Assembly (NCBI GenBank): GCA_014905635.1
Contig: JABVCE010000013.1
Location: 620,001-684,000, forward strand
Source of the DNA: Scenedesmus sp. PABB004
Taxonomy: Eukaryota
DNA: 64,000 bases
Direction: 5' to 3'
The translations under genes were made by a program, and so were the position numbers. Positions 52,301 through 64,000 of this stretch are shown one piece after another (position 1 is the first letter of the stretch; the number at the start of each line of letters is the position of its first letter). The notes under the pieces are model-generated. The model saw only the letters and a list, made by a program, of their open reading frames with translations, was not told the DNA's origin and did no database searches.

Positions 52301-54308
52301 CTGCAGCGCCACCAGGCGCAGCAGGCGCGCGCGGCGGCGCCGGCGGCGCCCGCCGCTTTCCCGCCCGCCGGCGAGCCGGGCAAGAAGCTCAGCGCGGCCG
52401 ACCTGCACCGCCAGGCGCGCGAGGCGGCCATGGCGCGGCTGCAGCTCGCCATGGACCCCGAGGCGGCCGCCGCGGCGGCCGCGGCCGCGGCCGAGGCCGC
52501 GGCCGAGCAGCAGGCGCGCGCGCGCGCGGCTGCCGAGGCCGCCGCGGCGGCCGCGGCGGGCCTGCCGCCGCCGCCGCCGCCCAAGTCGGCGCGCGCGCGG
52601 CGGAAGCTGCTGCAGGACCGCCAGGCGGCCGACCCCGCGTGGGCGGCGGCGCACGCGCGCGCGCTCGCGTGGGCCAACAACCTCGAGGACGAGTCGAGCA
52701 GCGACGAGAGCGAGCCCGAGCCCGAGGAGGTGCCCTGGTGGCTCACCGAGGCGCTGCCCGACCGCCGCCCCAACCCGCGCGGCGCGGCGGCGAGTCCCGC
52801 CGCGGTCGCGCGCGCGGAGGGCGCGTACGCGCACCTCAAGTGGAGCCGCAGCCGCGTGATGGGCCCCAACTTTGCGGCGAGCGCGGCGGAGCTCGCCGAG
52901 CGCAAGCGCGCGCAGCACGAGGCCGCGATGGCGCGCGGCGAGTACACCGACTTCAGTGACGACGACGACGACGAGCGCCCGCCGCCGCCGCCGCCGCGGC
53001 CGGGCTTCACCGGCGCGGGCGTGACGCTTGCGATCGCGACGCCCGCGGTCGCGGCGGCCGCGGCGGCCGCGGCCGACGCGTCGCCGGGGCTCGCCGACGC
53101 GCAGCAGCGCGCGTACCGCGCCGCCAAGGCGCTGCGCCAGTCCGACCAGGCGGCCGCGATCGCGGCCATCGCGGCGGCCGCGCGCGTCGCCTACGCGCCG
53201 GCGCCGCGCGCCGCGGCCGAGGAGGAGCCGCCGCGCCGCGGCGGCGCGGCGGACGCCGCCGCCGAGGCCGCCGCGACGCGGCGCTCGGTGCTTGCCGTGG
53301 CCGACGTCGCGGTGCACCTCGGCGCCGCGGCGGAGCGCCTCGGCGAGAGCGGCGCGCCCGACCTCGCGCGCGGCGGCGCGCTCGACGCGCGGCCCGACGG
53401 CCTCGCGCCGCACGGCGCGCCCGACGCGGCGCTGCCGTCGGCGGGCGAGCTCGCGGCGCGCGCCGCCGGCGGCGCCGGCAGCGCGGCGAGCAGCGCGGCG
53501 AGCGGCGGCTGGGCGCCGTCGTCGTCGTCCGACGCCGACGACAGCGACGACGACGCGCACCACGGCGGCGGCGGCGCGAGCGGCATGGACGAGGCGAGCG
53601 AGGACGAGCTGGAGCAGCTCGCGGCGCTGCAGCGCGAGCACGAGCTGCTGTCGGAGCTCGCCGGCATGCACGGCCGCGCGGCCGAGCTCGCGGCGCGTGC
53701 TGACGCGCTCGAGGGCGAGGCGCGCGCGCTCGGCGCGACGCCCGAGGCCGCGGCCGCGGTCACGGCGGCCGCCGTCGTGCGGTCGGCGCAGGTCGGCGGC
53801 GTGCTGGGGCTCGCGCTCAGCGCGCAGGTCGCCGCCGCCGGCGCGGGCAGCGCCGCCGACGCCGAGGCGGTGCGCCTGCTCGCCGAGGCGATGGCGCTGC
53901 GCGCCGAGGCCGCCAAGGTGCAGGAGGCGGCGGCCGCCACGCAGCAGGCGCTCGCGCGCGGCGCACACAGCAGCGCCGGCGGCGGCGGCGGCGCCGAGCC
54001 CGACGCCGGCGCCCACGCCGAGCCGCCCGCGCGCGGCGGCGCGACCCTGCTGGAGGCCGCCGGCGCGCCGGCGACGGTGGCGTCCACGCGCGGCGCCGGC
54101 CGGCCCGCGCCCGCGGCGGCCGCGCCCGCGCCGGCGGCCGCGCCTGCAGCCGCGCCCGCGGCCGCCGCGGCGCCCAGCCGCGGCCAGCGCGTGTCGGTGC
54201 GCGTGCCGGCGTGGGGCAAGGACGCCATGTCGGCGGTCGTGGCCGTCGCCGGCGCGCTGGGCCGCGGCGACAAGAACGACAAGCGCGGCCTCCCGCCCGG
54301 CCCCGGCC

Positions 54309-54358
<50 letters not shown>

Positions 54359-54465
54359 TCACCGCCCGCGCCCGCGCCGCCCAGCCGCAGCGCCGCGCCC
54401 GCCGCGCCCACCGCGACGCCCGCGGCGGCCGCGGCCGCGGCGCCCGCGCCCGCGCCCGCGCCCCG

Positions 54466-54500
<35 letters not shown>

Positions 54501-55647
54501 GGCACGCGGCGCTGGCGGCCATGGATGGAATGAGCCAGGAGGTGCGCCTGATGCGGCAGCAGATCAGCAGCCTGCAGGCGCGCGTGTCGCAGCGCAAGGT
54601 CAAGGTCGCGGCGCTCGCGGGCAGCTCCGCTGCCGCGGCCGCCGCGGCGGGCGGCGCGCCCGCGCCACCGGCGGCGCCCGCGCCCGCGTTTGGCGCCGGC
54701 GCGGCGGCGGCCGCCGCGGCCGTCGCGGCGGTCGCGGCGCCCGCGGCCGCAGCCGCGCCTGCCGACGTCGGCGGCGCGGCCGCGGCGGCGGCGGCGAGCC
54801 TGGCCAGCCGCCCCGCGATCATGCGGAGCTATGACAGCCTCGACGACCCCGCCGGCCCCGGCGGCGCCGCGGCGGCACAGGCGCCCGCACCCGGGGCGGC
54901 GCTGGCCGCCAGCGCGCGCGGCGCGCGCTGGGCGGGCCGCGTCGCGATGCAGCCCAGCCCCGCGCTCGTGGGCGCCGCGCCCGCGCCGGCGCCCGCGCCC
55001 GCGCCGGCGCCGGCCGCGGCGGTGCTGGGCGTCGCCGCGGCGGCCGCGGTGGCCGCCGCGCCGGCGCCGGCGCCCGGCTCGCCGCGCAAGGACGGCGGGC
55101 GCCTGGCCGCGCTCGAGGCGCGCACCGCGGCGGCCGTGGCGGCGCGCGAGCAGCTGAGCGCCCAGGCGCACGAGGCGCGCGCGGCGCTGGCGGCGCTGTC
55201 CGCCGGCAGCCCGCGCGCCGCGGCCCCCCGGCGAGCGGCGGCACGGCGAGCGCGCCGTCCGGCGGCTTTGCCGGCATGGTCGGCGCGGGCCGCTCGGCGC
55301 TGCTGAGCCAGCGCGCCGACTGCGCCAAGCGCGCCGTCGCGGCGCTCAGCTCCTGGGAGCAGCGCGCCGCGACGGCCAAGCAGAGCCTGGAGGCGCTGGA
55401 GCAGCAGGCCGCGGCGGCGCTCGCGGAGCTGGAGGCGCACGAGGCGGCGACGCGCGCGCGCCTGCTGCCGCAGGCGCTGCGCCGCCCCGCGCTCGCGGCC
55501 GCGGGCGGGCCGGCCGGGCCGGCCGCGGCGCTGCCGGCGGTGCTCGGTGGCGTGCCTGACCCCGCGGCCGCCACGTTTGTGGCCGGCGCGGTCGCCGTCC
55601 ACGCGATGCAGCACGCCGGCGCGCTGCTGCAGCACCTGCACATGTGA
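49311..55647 (+). CDS. Large CBM20 (starch-binding) domain protein with long Ala/Glu-rich coiled-coil and disordered tail; apparent 1-nt frameshift near 55225
   Basis: VKVQFVV..TSFGQELKIVGGAPELGEWD..APAMTWGEGHRWT..YPFKIVV..RWEEGDNR is a CBM20. It is followed by APEP repeats, short exons and a terminal exon of about 4.3 kb ending TGA 55645-55647. The start codon is inferred. Confidence 0.75.
50470..50660 (+). repeat. Coding tandem repeats (APEPVH / AAAPEPAY; 48-bp higher-order unit)
   Basis: CCGGTGCACGCCGCGGCGCCGGAGCCGGCGTACGCGCCGGAGCCGGAG is repeated within the CBM20 gene. Confidence 0.85.
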
Positions 55648-57333
55648 CGAGCTTGCCTGGGAGGGCCTGGGGGGCCTGGGCGGCCGGGGGCCTGGCGCCG
55701 CTCGCGACCGCTCGCGGCCGCGGTGGCTGGGCGGAGGGCGGCGGGCGGGGAGGGGCGGGGCAGCCCCGTGCGCATCCGCACGCCACATAACCACATAACC
55801 AGCCACGCGGTCTCCCTTCTTGTCGTCTGGGTGGGTGGGTGAGCGGCCCGCGCCTGGGGCCCGCGCGAGCAGGACTGGCGTTTGGCGCGCCGCGCCGCGC
55901 CGTTGCACAGCTGTACAGCCCCCCCGCGTGCGTGTGCGCTGACTGACCGGCCCGCGAGGCCCGCGTCACCGAGTGGAGAGAGTGTGGCGGTGTGTGAGCG
56001 AGCTTGAGGCGGCGTTGCGCCGCGGCGACGGCGATGGTGACGGCGAGGAGGGGGCGGGGCGGGGGGCCGCTGCGCCTGCGCCGCTGGCCGGCAGGGGCGC
56101 GCGTCCACAGCGGCAGCACTTCTATTACAAACCCCACGGCGGGCGCGGCCCCCAATTGTGCGCGCGCAGCACCGCCGCTGCGCGTGACGGCTGCGTTCCG
56201 ATTTGATGACGTGTACATGCGGCGGCGCCGCGGATTCGAGGCGCGCGCGCGCGAGAACGAGGGACCGCACTGGCAGAGTAACTCGAGGAACGACGACGAC
56301 TCGCATGCCTGCCCCGCCGCGGGTGCGAGCACCCGCTCGCAGCACCGCCGCTGACGGCCCGCGCCCGCCCCGAACAGTTGTCGCGCGCCGACGGCCCGCG
56401 CCGCGCCCGCCCCGTTGAAGTTGTCGTGCGCCGGCGGCCCGCGCCCGCCCCCCATCTGTTGCCATGCCGCTTTCCATGCCGTTTCCATGCCAGTGCTGCG
56501 CCCTGGTTGCAAAGGGTGGGGTGTGTGGCGCGCGGCGCGCGGCCGCCGAGGGAGGGCCCGCCGCCCTGGGGGGCGATCTTGGTCTTGATCTAGGCAGTGT
56601 GAACCACATGCAGGCTGCATGGTGCAGCTGGACAAGCACACCCACACCCACGACGCACGCCTCCGGCCTCGCGGCCGGCCCCAGCCCACGCGCCGCGAGC
56701 GGCGTGCGCCGCCGTCGCGCGCAGACCGACGGCACAGCAATCCCCTGCCCGCGTGTGTCCTATGTGCGTCCTATGTGTGTAGCGCATACATACACACAGA
56801 CGTTGGGGGTGATGCCCCAGCAATCGCATACCCCGCGCAAGCTCAGCAGTGCAGGCGCGGCTGTGCCACGGCAGAAAGCCGCAGAGCCCCAAAAAGCGGT
56901 GCCCTGTGCGGGGCGTCAGCAAGGCTGGGCCAGCCATCGCCAGGGCGCGCGCGTGCGCGCGCGCGCGCCCCGGCCCGCGCCAGGCCCGAGTCGTGAGTCG
57001 CGGATTCGGCGAGCGGCCCGAGGCGTCTGTTGAGAAATCGGCGAGACACAAGTCCAGGGCCGACGCGCACGCGCGCGCGCGCCGGCCCGGGCGTGGCCAG
57101 GCCGCGGCCCCGGCGCGGGGGCGGCGGCGCGGGTCCGCCGCATCAATCGAGCGCAGCTGCCCAGCCAAGAGATGCCCCGCTGCCATCGGCGCCCGCGCAC
57201 GCGGGCCCGCGCAGTCCAACAACCGACAGGGCCCGCCGCGCGCCCGCCGCCCGCCCGCCCCCCCCCTGCCCCGCCCGCGCCGCGCGCCACATGCGCAGCA
57301 GCCGGGGGCGTCCCGCCCGCCGCGCCTAAACGC

Positions 57334-60300
57334 TTACTCCATCGTCGCGGTCGAGCGCACCGGCAGCTCCAGCTCCAGGTGGCTGCACGTGCGCGTGCTC
57401 TGCAGGAAGCTCTCCAGACGCGCCAGCATGTCCTTGAACGCGGGCCTGGCGGCCAGCAGCGCGCGGCACGCGGCCGAGTGAGCGACGCGACGCCGCGCGG
57501 GCCGTGCGGGCGCGGCGCGGCCGACCCTCCAGACGGCGGCACGCGGACACGCCCTGCCCGCCCCGCCCGCCAGCCCGCCGCACCGCGCGGCGGCGTCCTT
57601 GGAGAGGCAGGCGACCAGCAGGTCCTCCAGCACGACCGGCAGCCCGGCGGCGGCTCCAGCGCGGCGTCGCCGCCGACGGCCGCCAGGACCTCGTCGTGCG
57701 TGAGCCCAGCCCACGCGCGGCTGCCTGCGCGCGCGCGGGCGCGGGCGGCGGCGGCGGCGGCGGCGCCGTCAGCGGCAGCCTCCGGCGCTGGCGTGCGCCG
57801 CCGGGGGCCCACCGCGCGTGCGCGCCGCCGGGGCGCGGGGCGCGCCGCCTCACCCGTGAGCATCTCCCACAGGAGCACGCCGAACGCGTACACGTCGCAC
57901 GACGGCGCGAGCACGCCCGTGCGCACGGTCTCGGGCGCCATGTGCGTGCACGTGCCGTAGCGCCCCGGCGCGGTGCGGACGCGGATGTCGGCCGCGCGCG
58001 CGAGACCAAAGTCGGTCACCAGCGCGGTGAAGCCGTGCGGGTTGCCCGCAAACGACGTCAGCAGCACGTTGCCGCCGCTCAGGTCCTGCGGCGGCGGCGG
58101 CGATGTGGCAGGGGCGCCGGCTCCGCGCCCCGGCGCATCGCGCGCGGGCCGCGCGAGCCACGCGGTGCTCGCGGCGCGCGCGGCGCGCGGCGCGGGCGGT
58201 CACCAGGTGCGCCACCCCCTGGCCGTGGATGTAGGCGAGGGCCGAGGCGATCTCGTACGCGGTCAGCGCGACGGTGCGCAGGTGCGTGCCGCCCTGCGTG
58301 GGCTGGCGGCTCGTGCGGAACCAGCCCTTGACCACCGCGTCCTGCGGGGCGGGGCGGGGTGGGGGTGGGGGCACGGCCGCGCGCGTGTGAGTGCGGGCGG
58401 CCGGGCGGCGGGCATCGCGTGGCGTGCGGCGCGTGCGCGTGCGCGTGCGCGTGCGCGTGCGCGTGCGCGTGCGCGTGCGCGTGCGCGTGCGCGTGCGCGT
58501 GCGTGTCGGCCGGGCGGGCGTCGCGCGGTGCGCGGATCGCGGGTGCGCGCGTGGCGGCGTGCCTGCAGCGTGCCCATGCCGCAGTACTCTGACACGATCC
58601 AGCACGTGGGCTTGGCCTTGGCGGGCGCGAGCGCCGCGAGCTGCGGGTCGGGCTTGCCCACGCCCCTGCGCGGCGCCGCGACGCCCGCGGCGCGGCCGGC
58701 GCGGTCAGCGGCGGGCGCGGCGGCGCGCGCGCGGCGCGCGTGCGTGCGGCGCACGGCCCGCCCGCGCGCGGCGCGGCGCGCGGCGCGGCGCATCACGCAC
58801 CACGCGACCGAGCGCAGCACGCCGAGGTGGTGCATGCCCTGCGTCAGCGCGACCTCGATCGGCACGCCCGCCTTGTTCACGCGCACGCTGTCGATGCGCT
58901 CGATGATCTTTGGGCGGCGTGGGCAGGGGGCGGGGCGGGCGCGTTGACGGCAGCGCATCGACAGCGGCAGCAGCGGCGGCGGCGCGGCGCCGCGCGCGCC
59001 CGGCCGCAGCGCGCGCGCCGCACCTTGACCGCCACCTCCTGGCCGTCGAGCACGCCCCGGAACACCTGGGGCGACACGCGGCGCGTCGGCCAGCCGAGGC
59101 GTCGGCCAGCCGCGGCGGACCGCGCGCGGCGCGCCGGCGCGCCGGCGCGTGCGTGCGTGCGGCGGGCCGCGCGCCCGCGCCGCACCTTGCCAAAGCCGCC
59201 GCGGCCGAGCAGCGGGCCGAGGACGAGCTTGGGGATGGGGCAGGGCCCGACGAGGCGCGGGCCGTACGCGAGGCCGCTGTCCTTGGTGAGCGGGCCGGCG
59301 CCGGCGCGCGAGGAGCCGGCGTCGGCGGGCGTGAGGTGCATGAAGAAAAAGTTGCGCCCTGCGTTTGAACCGACAGGGGGGGGGGGGTGAATGAGCGTTT
59401 GAATAGGGAGGGTTGAGGCCGGAGGTTCAAACGCGGGCGCGCGCGCGCGGGCGAGGGCGGCGGGCGCCGCGCGGCGCGCACCCGGCGTGGGGTCGGTCGC
59501 CTCGCGCAGCCAGCTGGGCACGCCAACGCTGAAGGGCTGATACTCGTCCAGCGCGTCGCTCGCGGCGAGGCGGAAGGTCACGTTGAAGCACCGGCCCGCC
59601 GCCGGCGTCCCCGCCGCGCCCTTCACGCCCGTCAGCACCAGCGCCGCCTGCGCCGCCTGCCACGCCTGCGCGGCGCGGCGCGGCGCGGCGCGCGCGGCGG
59701 GCGGTCGGCACCGGCGCAGGCGGCGCGCGGGGCCGCGGGCCGCAGGCAGCGCGCCGCATGCGGCCGCACCGCTGCGGTCATGTCCACGTCCAGCACGTCC
59801 CGCAGAGGCACGCCCGTAAACTCCTGCATGTGGCGGCCCTCGTCCAGCTTGGCGAGCTCGTCGTACGATGCGCGCCACTCGGTGCCTGCACGGCGGGGCG
59901 GGCGCGCGCTGAGCGCGGGCGGCGCGCGCGCGCGGGCGGGCGGGCGGGCGCCGCCCCGGGACCGGGGCCGGCGCCGCCCCCGCCGCCGCGGCCACGCCCG
60001 CCGCGACCGCACCCTGGCCGCCGCCTCTGCCGTCTGCGCCGGGCGCGTCGCTGCCGCCTGCTGCTGCCTCGGCTGCCTCGCTGCCCGGCGGCGCGGCGCG
60101 CGCGGACGCACCCAGCAGCTCCACCGCGGGGGCGTTGAGGTGCAGGAGGCGCCAGTCGCTGACGTTGCTCGCATCGATGAAGCCGACAGCGCTGGTGTAG
60201 CACTCGGTGCTGCGCAGCAGCTTGCTGCCCTGCGGCGGCGACGGCGGGCGGGCAGGCGCGGCTGAGGGCCCGTCCACGGCGGCGGCGCAGCGCGGGCCGG

Positions 60301-61736
60301 CGCGGCGCGCGCGGTGCGGCGCAGCGCGGTGCGCGCCTGCAGCTTGGCGGCGTCCTGCGTCGCCCAGCGGCGCTCGATCTGGCGCACGAGCAGCTCGCTG
60401 AGGTTGGCGAGGATCGCGCCGCGCGTCGCGTCAAACTTGCGGGGCTGCTGCCCCATGATGCAGCTGCGGCGCGGCGCAGCGGCGGCGGCGGCGGGACGGC
60501 GCACCAGTGGGTGTGCCGGCGAGAGAGAAGGGCAAGAGACAAGGGCCCCGCCGCGCGCCGCACTGCCCGGCGCTCACAGCGTGCCGATGCGGTGCCCGTT
60601 GCTGCTGATGAGGGGCGCCATCACGTAGAACACGAGGCGGAAGCTCTCGCTCACGACAAAGAAGTTCTCACTGAACCTGCGGGTGTGTGTGCGTGTGGGG
60701 GTGGTGTGGGGGCGGCGGCGTGGGCGGGCGACGACGACGGCGCGCGCCGCCAGACCACGCTCGGCCGCACGCGCCGCCCCGCGGCCGCGCCCTCCCCGGT
60801 GCCGCACCGCGCGTCCTCCTCCATGTTCTCCACCACGTTGAGCTCGTGGTTGGGGTTGAGGAACGACCAGCTGCACGGCGGCGGCGGCGGCGGCGGCGGG
60901 GCAGCGGCGGCGGCGGCGGCGCGGGTCGGCTGTGCACCGGCAGGCCCCCGGCGCGCGCGGCCGCGCGGCCGCCGCGCGGCTGCGCGGGAATGCCCCCAGC
61001 CGCAGGCCCGCGCACCCGCAGAAGCCCCAGCGGTCGGGGCAGACGCAGACGGGCAGCGCGCCGCACGCGCCGACCAGGTAGATGCGCTCGCCGGTGAGCA
61101 GCGACACGGTCGCGGTCTCGACGTCAAACACCTTGCACAGCAGCCGCAGCGTCGACTCTGCGCGGCGCCGTCCGCGGCGCGCGCGGGCGCGGGTCGGGGG
61201 GGGGGGGGGGGGGGCGCCGCAGACGGGCGCGGCCGCCGCCGCCCGCCGCCCCGGCGCAGCCACGCCGCGCCGCGCGGCGCACCGAGCTCGCCGTCGCGCA
61301 GCTCGAGCGCGCGGTGCACGCCCTGCGCGGTCGCGAAGCGCTCCTTGAAGCAGGGCGGGTTGGGGCAGCCGAGCGCGTAGCCGTCGTGGGGCTTGAAGTA
61401 GGTGAGGGAGCTCGTGCCGCTCGCGCGCGTCGCTGCGCTGCCCGTCTCGCTCGAGCGCGGCGAGCCGGCGCTGCCGTGCGCATCGCTGCGCGGCGTGCCC
61501 GGGGCGGCGACGCCGTCGTGCACGGGCGCGGTCTGGCTGGCGCTGGGGCCGGCGCTGGTGGCGTGGGAGGCGTGGGACGGCGCCGGAGGCGCGTCGCCGC
61601 CAACGGCGCCGAGCGCTGCGTCCAGCGCCTCCAGGCCGGCCGCGAGCGACGCGGCGCGGCGCTCCTGCTCCGCTGGGGAGTCCTTGGAGCCCCCGGACGA
61701 GGAGACGACGATGCACGTCGCGGTGGGTGCCTCCAT
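57334..61736 (-). CDS. GAF-domain sensor fused to a TKL-like Ser/Thr protein kinase; about 15 introns; apparent 1-nt frameshift near 57643
   Basis: GAF: LLCKVFDVETATVSL..RWGFC..VVENMEEDARFSEN..FYVMAPLISSNGHRIGTLCIM..PRKF. Kinase: LGRGGFGKVFRG, VAVK, EYC..GTL, HLDLSGGNVLL, DFGLAR, GTCTHMAPE, DVYAFGVLLWEM. TAA at 57334-57336. Confidence 0.9.
58433..58504. repeat. (GTGCGC)n hexamer tract in a kinase intron
   Basis: About 12 perfect units visible. Confidence 0.9.
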
Positions 61737-62229
61737 GCCGCCCGCTGCCGCCTGAGTGTCGCTCCCTGGCGGCGGCTGAACGGCCGAGGCGCTTGTCCGA
61801 CTCTAGAGCCGCTCACCGGCACGGCGCGGGCGGTCGCGCCGCGATCCTGCGCGGCGGCCGGGGCGCCCCGCCTTGTCGGCCGGCCCGTCGCTGCTCGGGC
61901 GGGCGCGCGATCGCCACGGCATCCCCCGCCAGTGGAGAGAATGCCGACGACAGCGGGCGGGCGGCCGGCAGCTCCGTGTGCAGCGAGCGCCGCGCTTTTG
62001 TTGCTGGCGGAGCCGCCGGCACACTCCCTGGACCTGAGCGGAGCGCCCAGTTCGCCGCCCTGGCCCGTGAATGTCCCGTCCGCGGCCCAGGGGCCGGCGG
62101 GCGAGGCCGGCGCCCGCCGCCGCGCGGCGGGCGATCGCGGCGGCGATGCGGGCAATCGTCGCGCCGCGAAAAAGCAAAGTTGAATGCAGCGCCCCGCAAC
62201 CGCCTGCCTCACGCACGGCCCACGGCCAA

Positions 62230-64000
62230 CTACGACCGGCGCCCGCCGCGCGCGAGCGCGGCCACGCGCAGCCGGCCGCCCACGCCCGCCCGCCGCCCGC
62301 CGCGCCCGCCGCCCGCCTTGTGCGCGCTGCCGCCGCCGCCGCGCTCGTCGCACTCCGCGGCGGCGGCGGCGGGCTCCTTGGCGCCGCCGGGGCCGTGCGG
62401 CGCGAAGAAGCCGCTGCCGCCAGCGGCGACGACCGGCGCCGCCGGCGCGCCGAGCGGGCTGCGGCCCTTGCCGGGGCTCGCGCAGCCGGCGCCGTGCGCG
62501 GCCAGGCGCGGCGACTCGCAGCCGCCAAAGCCGGCGCCCGGCCGGCGCGGGCTGAACAGCCCGGGGGCGCGCCGCCGCCGCGGGGCGTGCTCGCCGCGCC
62601 GCCGCCACCGGCGCCCGCGAGCGCGCCGCGCGCGCACCCAGCTCGGCCCGCGCCGCGCTGTCCTCGAGCTGCCGTATCGTGCGCGCCTGCGACATGCAGC
62701 GCGCCTGCAGCTCCCGCAGCTGGCTGGTCAGCAGCAGCGCGGTGTGCGCGCCCCCGCCGGCGGCGCTCGGCGAGGGCAGCCCCGCCGCGCCGCTGAACGC
62801 GCCGCCGCCGCCGCCGCCGCGGGGCGAGAAGAGCCCCGGCGGCAGCAGCGGCGGCGCGCGCGCCGCGCCCCGCGGGCGCGGCGGCCGGCGGCGTCGGCGC
62901 CCGCCAGGGGCGGCTCCGCGCGGCCGCCGCAGCTGCTGTCGCTGCGCGGCAGCCCCGCGAGCGCGCGGGGCGCAGGTCCTCCGCCACCTGGGCCCGCACG
63001 CGCGCCTGCTGCAGCGCGAGCTGCAGCTTCACGAGCTCACCCCGCAGCTGCACCACCTCGCCCAGTTCCTCGGGCGCGCCGCCAGGCGCGCCGCCAGCGC
63101 CGGGCGCGCCGTCCGCGCCGCACGCCGTGCCGGGCGCTGGCGGCGCCTCGTGGTGCTCCTCCGGCCCTGCCGGCACGCTGATGCGGAGCCGCGGCGCGCC
63201 GCCCGCCCTGCCGGCGGTGGCGCGCGCCTTGGCCGCGGCGCTGCCGGCGTCGCAGCTCGCCGACAGCGGCCGGCCCTCCGCGGCGTCCAGCGGGCTGCCG
63301 CCGGGGCTGCCCGCCGCGCTGCTGCGCAGCAGCTGCTGCAGGCGGCCGTCCTTGAGGCTGTCCCGCAGCTGGTGCTGGTCGCCGCCGCCGGCCGGGGCGC
63401 CCAGCCTGGCGCGCCCGCCTGCTGCGGCGCGGCGGCCCCGCCTCGTGGCTCGCGCGCAGCAGCTCGCGCTGCTTGCCGCGGGACAGGCGGCGGCCCGCGG
63501 GGCTGCGCGCGCCGCCGCCCACGCGCGGGCTGCCGCCGACGGCGGCCGCGTCGTCCAGCTTGGCTGCGCTGCCCTGGTCGCCGCACCGCGCCTGCGGCCA
63601 GCCCGACGCGTCGGCGCCCCGCGCGACGCCGCCCGGCGCCGCCAGCGCCGCTCGCGCCTCCGCGAGCTCCGCCGCGAGCTGCCGCTGCGCCTCCGCCAGC
63701 TGCGACAGCGCGCAGGCGTCGTGGGGCTGGCGCTCCGCGCCCTGCGCCGCGCCGCGCAGCAGCTCCTCGACGCGCTGCTGCTGCGCGGCCAGCTGCGCCA
63801 GCAGCGCCGCCCACCGCTCCGGCTGCTGCGCGGGCTGCTGTGCGGGCCCGCGCTCGCTGCGCGCGCTGCCCGGCTGCTGCCAGCTGCTGCCCACCTCGTC
63901 GCCACCGCACTCGTCCTGCTCGCGGGCGGCGTGCTGGCCTCGGCGGGCCGGCGCTATCAAACCGGCTGAGCAGCGACCGCGCGAGCGGCGACGCCGCCTC
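62230..64000 (-). CDS. 3' part of a hypothetical coiled-coil / low-complexity protein (5' end off-window)
   Basis: Exon-like segments with host codon usage (LLAQLAAQQQRVEELL, EELGEVVQLRGEL, MSQARTIRQLEDSAARAEL) separated by GT-AG-like boundaries; TAG at 62230-62232. Exon structure is uncertain. Confidence 0.45.

Noticed and set aside
56204..56358. Box C/D snoRNA candidate (TTGATGA...CTGA)
   Set aside because: Box C lacks the leading purine, the terminal stem is only 3 bp and out of register, and I recognised no rRNA-complementary guide.

Overview
This is eukaryotic nuclear DNA, extremely GC-rich (by eye about 75-80%, not computed), gene-dense and intron-rich. It looks like a chlorophyte green alga, probably Chlorophyceae/Sphaeropleales-like: TGTAA poly(A) signals, plastid transit peptides, CYP97B, an algal-type septin and a GAF-kinase. 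The raw ORF track is mostly GC-driven noise, so I rebuilt genes exon by exon. There are about 18 protein genes: a P2-type ATPase (3' end off-window), Pol5/MYBBP1A, organellar LysRS, an orphan, a CAAX/Abi-like protein, DeSI/PPPDE, Bax inhibitor-1, CYP97B, an ABHD10-like hydrolase, septin, EamA/DMT, NUP42/CG1, RibD deaminase, bystin, RPA49, a giant CBM20 protein, a GAF-kinase and a partial coiled-coil gene. There are also two identical tRNA-Gln(CUG) genes. Most interesting: (1) three enlarged introns of Pol5/MYBBP1A appear to host snoRNAs, namely a tandem box C/D pair with covarying terminal stems and a guide complementary to 25S rRNA, plus two H/ACA-like RNAs sharing a variant H box; (2) a 1.4-kb near-perfect inverted repeat, each arm with a tRNA and an EamA 3' half, brackets a 4.9-kb septin/EamA-5' cassette that could be invertible; (3) at least 15 GC-AG introns, about 12% of those I could model; (4) a P-type ATPase that has lost three canonical acidic ion-binding residues (PEGL to PAGL).
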